A stretch of 33,674 nucleotides of DNA from Chrysochromulina tobinii (lineage: Eukaryota): positions 1-33,674 of the forward strand of contig JWZX01001537.1 in the NCBI GenBank assembly GCA_001275005.1, written 5' to 3'. The stretch's first letter is position 1, and each line of letters starts with the position of its first letter. This document shows positions 29,766 through 33,674 of the stretch, piece after piece. A program made the position numbers and the translations under genes. The notes below the pieces were generated by a model. The model did not search any database. It was not told where the DNA came from and saw nothing but the letters and a program-made list of their open reading frames with translations.

Positions 29766-32700
29766 TCAGAGCGAGCGGGTCGGCGCCCGCACACGGAGCG
29801 GCAGCGTATGCAGTCGCGCGCCCTGCAGTGCATGCACAGCAACGGCGTCTTGCTTTGCGATCGTCGCTGCGGGCGTTCGCGCGCCGACCACGCTGTCTCG
29901 CGCTGCTGGGGCATGTGAGACCTGCTCGGACAAGCCCAGAGAAAAGCCGCACGCTGGCGGCGTGCAGCGGCGGCGCTCGGGTGCTGCGCCGATGCTACCC
30001 TGACGCCGAGAGACCCACCATGGGTCCGGGTGAGGTTGCAGCTGCGCAGTCGTGTGCGGCATGCCGCTGCGGGACTGCCCGCCATGCCCACCTGCGCCGC
30101 CTCCGCCGCTGCCACCACGATCGCCACTTGCCCCTAGGGAGGCCTGGGCACCTGAAGAGGAGCCCACGCACCTGCTAACGGACCGACCATCGCCATCTGT
30201 GTAACCCTCGGCAGTGGCCACGACGCCCTCAGCACAAGTCGGATGCTGCGGCTCACCCCCGTGCATGGCGTGCGTACAGGAGGGACTGCCCGCGGCAGGG
30301 TGCGAGCGGCCACGACCACCTGCCCACGCGGGGGCAACGGACGCTCGGCTGGCGTCGGTGCCAGCGGAGTATCCCCGTTCTCGAACAGTGGCACTCAGGT
30401 GAGCAGGACCTGCGAGCGTGCTGCGGCCGGCAAACCAGCTGATGGCGCCGTGGGACCCGCACCGACTCGATGGCGAGCTTGCGCCTGCGCCTGCACAGCC
30501 CTCGCCACTGCCGATGACGCTACTGATACCGCCACTGTAACCATTGCTGGTGCCGGCACTGCCTTCAACTCCAGCTTTCTCACTAGGACCGCTGCCTTTG
30601 GTGATGATGCCGCTTCCGCCTCCGCTGACAACACTGGCCATGCTCAGCGCGTCGCCGACGTCGCCACAGGCAGCTGAATTGCCGGCCGCGGCACTCAATC
30701 GGGAGCCCTGAGCGTGGCCTCCCATACCCTTCGCAGCCGGAGCCAAAGGGCTGCTGCCACCACGTCGGCGGGCCTCCAATTGGTCCACGCGCGTCAACAG
30801 TTCAAGGCGCGCGGCGCCCGCAGCACTGCAGCTCATGGCATAAAAGGCACTGCTGCCACCACAACTTAGACCGCTGCCGAGGAAAGGCGAGCAGCCCACC
30901 AGCATGTCTCCAGCGCCCACCCCTCCGCCAGCAGCGGTCACTGGGTGGCCGGCTGAGTGACCAACCTCCTCTTGACACTGGCGGCGTGAGATGGCACTAA
31001 CTTCGTGTATGGACGGACAGCGCCAGTGCAGTCCATAGCCACAAGTGCATGGCTCAGAGGAAGGCGCGCATCCAACTGCCCCCATGTGACCGAGGGACGC
31101 GCCTACAACAGTGGGTGTGGCGCACGCGCCATTGCTGTCCTCGTGCGGCCTTACGTTGCACAGTGTGAAGAAGGAAGGGTGCATCAACCGGGAAAACGGG
31201 TTGCGTGCGGTGTCCATGGGTATTGACGAGGCGTCGCCTCCACACGCAGGAAGGCTTGCCATCGAGAACGGCGCGGCTTGTGCGCACACGGCGCAACCTG
31301 GGCCAGCACTGCAGGCGGCGCAATCGGTCGAGCCGCTGCCGGCGGTTCCAATGGCCGCATTTGATGCCGGCAAACCGAGAAAGCAGGCTGCGGCCGCGAT
31401 GGCAGCGGTCGCTTTGTCGTCTGCATTCGCTATCGCCGCCTCAGACGGCGATTCGCGGCCTGCCCCCGTCGGCACCGTGCTATCATTCGAGCTGCTTACG
31501 CTCGACACATCCGGTGACGAACCTGGTGCCGCCACGCTGCCGGATCCCAGTCCCGCGCTCACGGCCGCAGCGGCGGCCGCCTGCAGCTTCTTCAGTGCTC
31601 TACTCGCTGGCTTGGAAGCATCCACCTTGGCACTAGTCGCGTTCTGCTGCGCCACAGTGCGCCGGTTGGTGGCGGTCCGACCGAAGAGGGTCTGGGCGGT
31701 GTTGAGAACGCGATCGTAGCATTGAGCACGTATGGGCTCCTCGTCAGGGTAGATGCGCTCAAAGTTGCCGAGCACCTGAATGGGGCAAGGTAGTAAGGTT
31801 AGGAGGAGCAATTTTGTCAACGGTCATCAGTCTTGAACATGTCCTCACCTGTTCCTCATGCTTGGTCATGGCGGTCTGGGCGATCTCCTGCTGTTGCCTG
31901 CGCAGCCTCTCACGCTCCTCGAGTGACAGCTTGGGCCCAGCGGTGCCACGCACCTAGGCAGCCAGAGAGGTGGTGCAGCGACGATTAGTGAAGGAGTTGA
32001 GAGGAATAGCCGTGTGAGAGGGGCGAAAAGGACCAGGAAGATGAAAAGGAAATGGCGTTTGCACCTGCTGCATCCGCTGCTGCCGCGCCAGCTGTTGTTC
32101 CTGCTTGAACTTCTTCTTGTGATATGCTTGCAAGTGAATCAGGCGCATCGTGTTGCGCAGCAGCTCGAGCTTGATCTTCTGATCGAGCTGCGAGCCGCAA
32201 GAGAACGACGGAGCGTGATTCACCTCAAGCAGCCACGGCTTCCCCTTTCGATCCAAGATCACGTCAAATCCGAGAATTTCGAAGCACGAGAAACCAACAT
32301 TGTCATCACCGAGCAGCGAGTGATACACGTGCGCGAGGTGGGGCTGGACAGATAGCAAAGTCTTCACAATCAACTGCTTGATCTGGGCCCAGATGCGCTC
32401 CGTCGCATAACCCACCTGCTTCAGCCAAGCGAAAAGAGACGAGACCGAGCGCTTGTGGCCACCATCGCCACCCTCGTCGATAGTGAACTCCTCGTGGTGC
32501 TTATTGATCGCAAAGTTTGTTAGGTGCATATACGCGTCGTCAAGATTGGACTCGTTGGGATGCTATGTCAAGTCAAGCCAACGGGAACACGCGGGTGGTT
32601 ATCGAAGGGAATAAAATGGGTTTGGTAAGGACAGGGCCACAGAGTTCTCGACCAGCGCCGCGTCAGCCGCTCACCCGGTAGCGCTCCGTACAGAAGCGCG

Positions 32701-33640
32701 CGAGGCCCTCCTTGAACAGAAGGATGCGCATCGGCGAGCACGAGAGCACGAGCACATATAGCCGAAGGTCGAACTTGTATCCGTCGACAAGCAGCGGCGT
32801 TTGCAGGTATTGTTGAGCGATCATTCCGTCCGCCTCCACGACGTCATCAAGGTGCTTCGTGAGGAAGATACCCTTCCCCTGGCATCCCGCATCCGGCTTG
32901 ACGATTAGAGTGGGCTTTCGCTTCTGCGCAGGATGTCGCCAAGGGTAACGCGTGGGATTTGAGGGTCGGATGAGCGGTTCAAGATACGCAGAGATTCCTC
33001 GGCCACACGCGCACGCCGCAACGGCAGCGGGAGGGCAGAAGACAGCAGCGCGTGCCTGCGACTGGAACCATGATTTGAGGGGCTCGGCCTCGCCAGGAAG
33101 GATGAACGTGGGTGGAACAAAACCGAATTCTCCTGGCATCTGCTTCGCAATTCGGTTGAGGTTTTTGGCGAGAAGATTTTTTTTGGCAAGCTCTGACATA
33201 CCGGGGAAATGGTTGACCTTTTGGTATTTGTTCAGCTGCGCGATTGTGTCGAAAGGCACGTAAGAGTCATTCCAAAGCAGGTTGAACTCCTCATGCTCAT
33301 CGGTAGTGCATCGCCAGCCAAGGCCACGCGCCGCCTGTGCAACGACGTCGTACTTGCAGGAAACGACGGATACTACCACACGCCGGTGGTTCTTCTTGCG
33401 AGTTCGCCGCACTTTCTTGCCATGGCGCAAGGTGGACGTGGACAAAGCATCATCATCGTCCGATTCGCCTGGTACTTGCTCATGAAGCGCACCATCCTCG
33501 TAAAAGGTAAGAGAAGTCTCGGTGCCTGCTGATTCAAAAAACGACGGGCCTGTCGACGGCGTCGGCACGCCCTTGGGCTGCTGCTCGTCCTCCTCAGAGT
33601 CGGCGTCGACTGTCTCCGCGGCGGCGGGTCGAGTTGGCAT
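29766..33640 (-). CDS. Tubulin-tyrosine-ligase-like protein, polyglutamylase type (TTLL6/7/13-like). Exons 33640(or upstream)-33056, 32923-32675, 32562-32065, 31953-31849, 31775-29766
   Basis: QKVNHFPGM, IVKPDAGCQGKGIFL, QQYLQTPLLVDGYKFDLRLYVLV, EGLARFCTE, MHLTNFAINK, CFEILGFDVILD, WLLEVNHAPSF. Four phase-0 introns keep the frame. Long Ala/Gly/Ser-rich tail. The frame is open to the window end, so the start may lie outside. Confidence 0.9.
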
Positions 33641-33674
33641 GTTCACGGGGGCCACCGGAGAGGGGTGGGGGGTG

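Noticed and set aside
1..33674. Prokaryotic operon or defence-system interpretation
   Set aside because: Spliceosomal introns, MAPKs, TTLL and targeting presequences show a eukaryotic nuclear locus; no transposase, RT or integrase ORF was found.

Overview
GC-rich, gene-dense eukaryotic genomic DNA with short spliceosomal introns. It most likely comes from an alga with a secondary plastid; a haptophyte-type genome is my inference from bipartite presequences, intron style and gene content. It holds about 15 protein genes: an LRR (FBXL/AMN1-like) protein running off the left edge, an orphan coiled-coil protein, an SLC43/FMP42-type MFS transporter, a DUF2064/TIGR04282 transferase, an EngB/YihA GTPase, a divergent microbial-rhodopsin-like membrane protein, a His-box hydroxylase/desaturase, two MAP kinases, a double GST-N/glutaredoxin-like protein, an SH3-like/EF-hand protein, an ABCG half-transporter, a GT29 sialyltransferase-like protein, a secreted degenerate sulfotransferase-like protein and a TTLL polyglutamylase open to the right edge. 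Two signals stand out. (1) Six introns in four unrelated genes each consist of a direct duplication of 12-30 nt of adjacent exon plus one of two shared cores: a GCATGCAAGTGCTCAC..CCCACAG cassette, or a 10-nt TGAT-containing tandem array. This looks like an intron-generating (introner-like) system with unusually long target duplications. (2) A stand-alone rhodopsin-fold protein keeps the retinal lysine (DVLAK) but has a rewritten helix C (R82->H, D85->L) and two extra N-terminal hydrophobic helices. No rRNA, tRNA, CRISPR or autonomous transposon was recognised.
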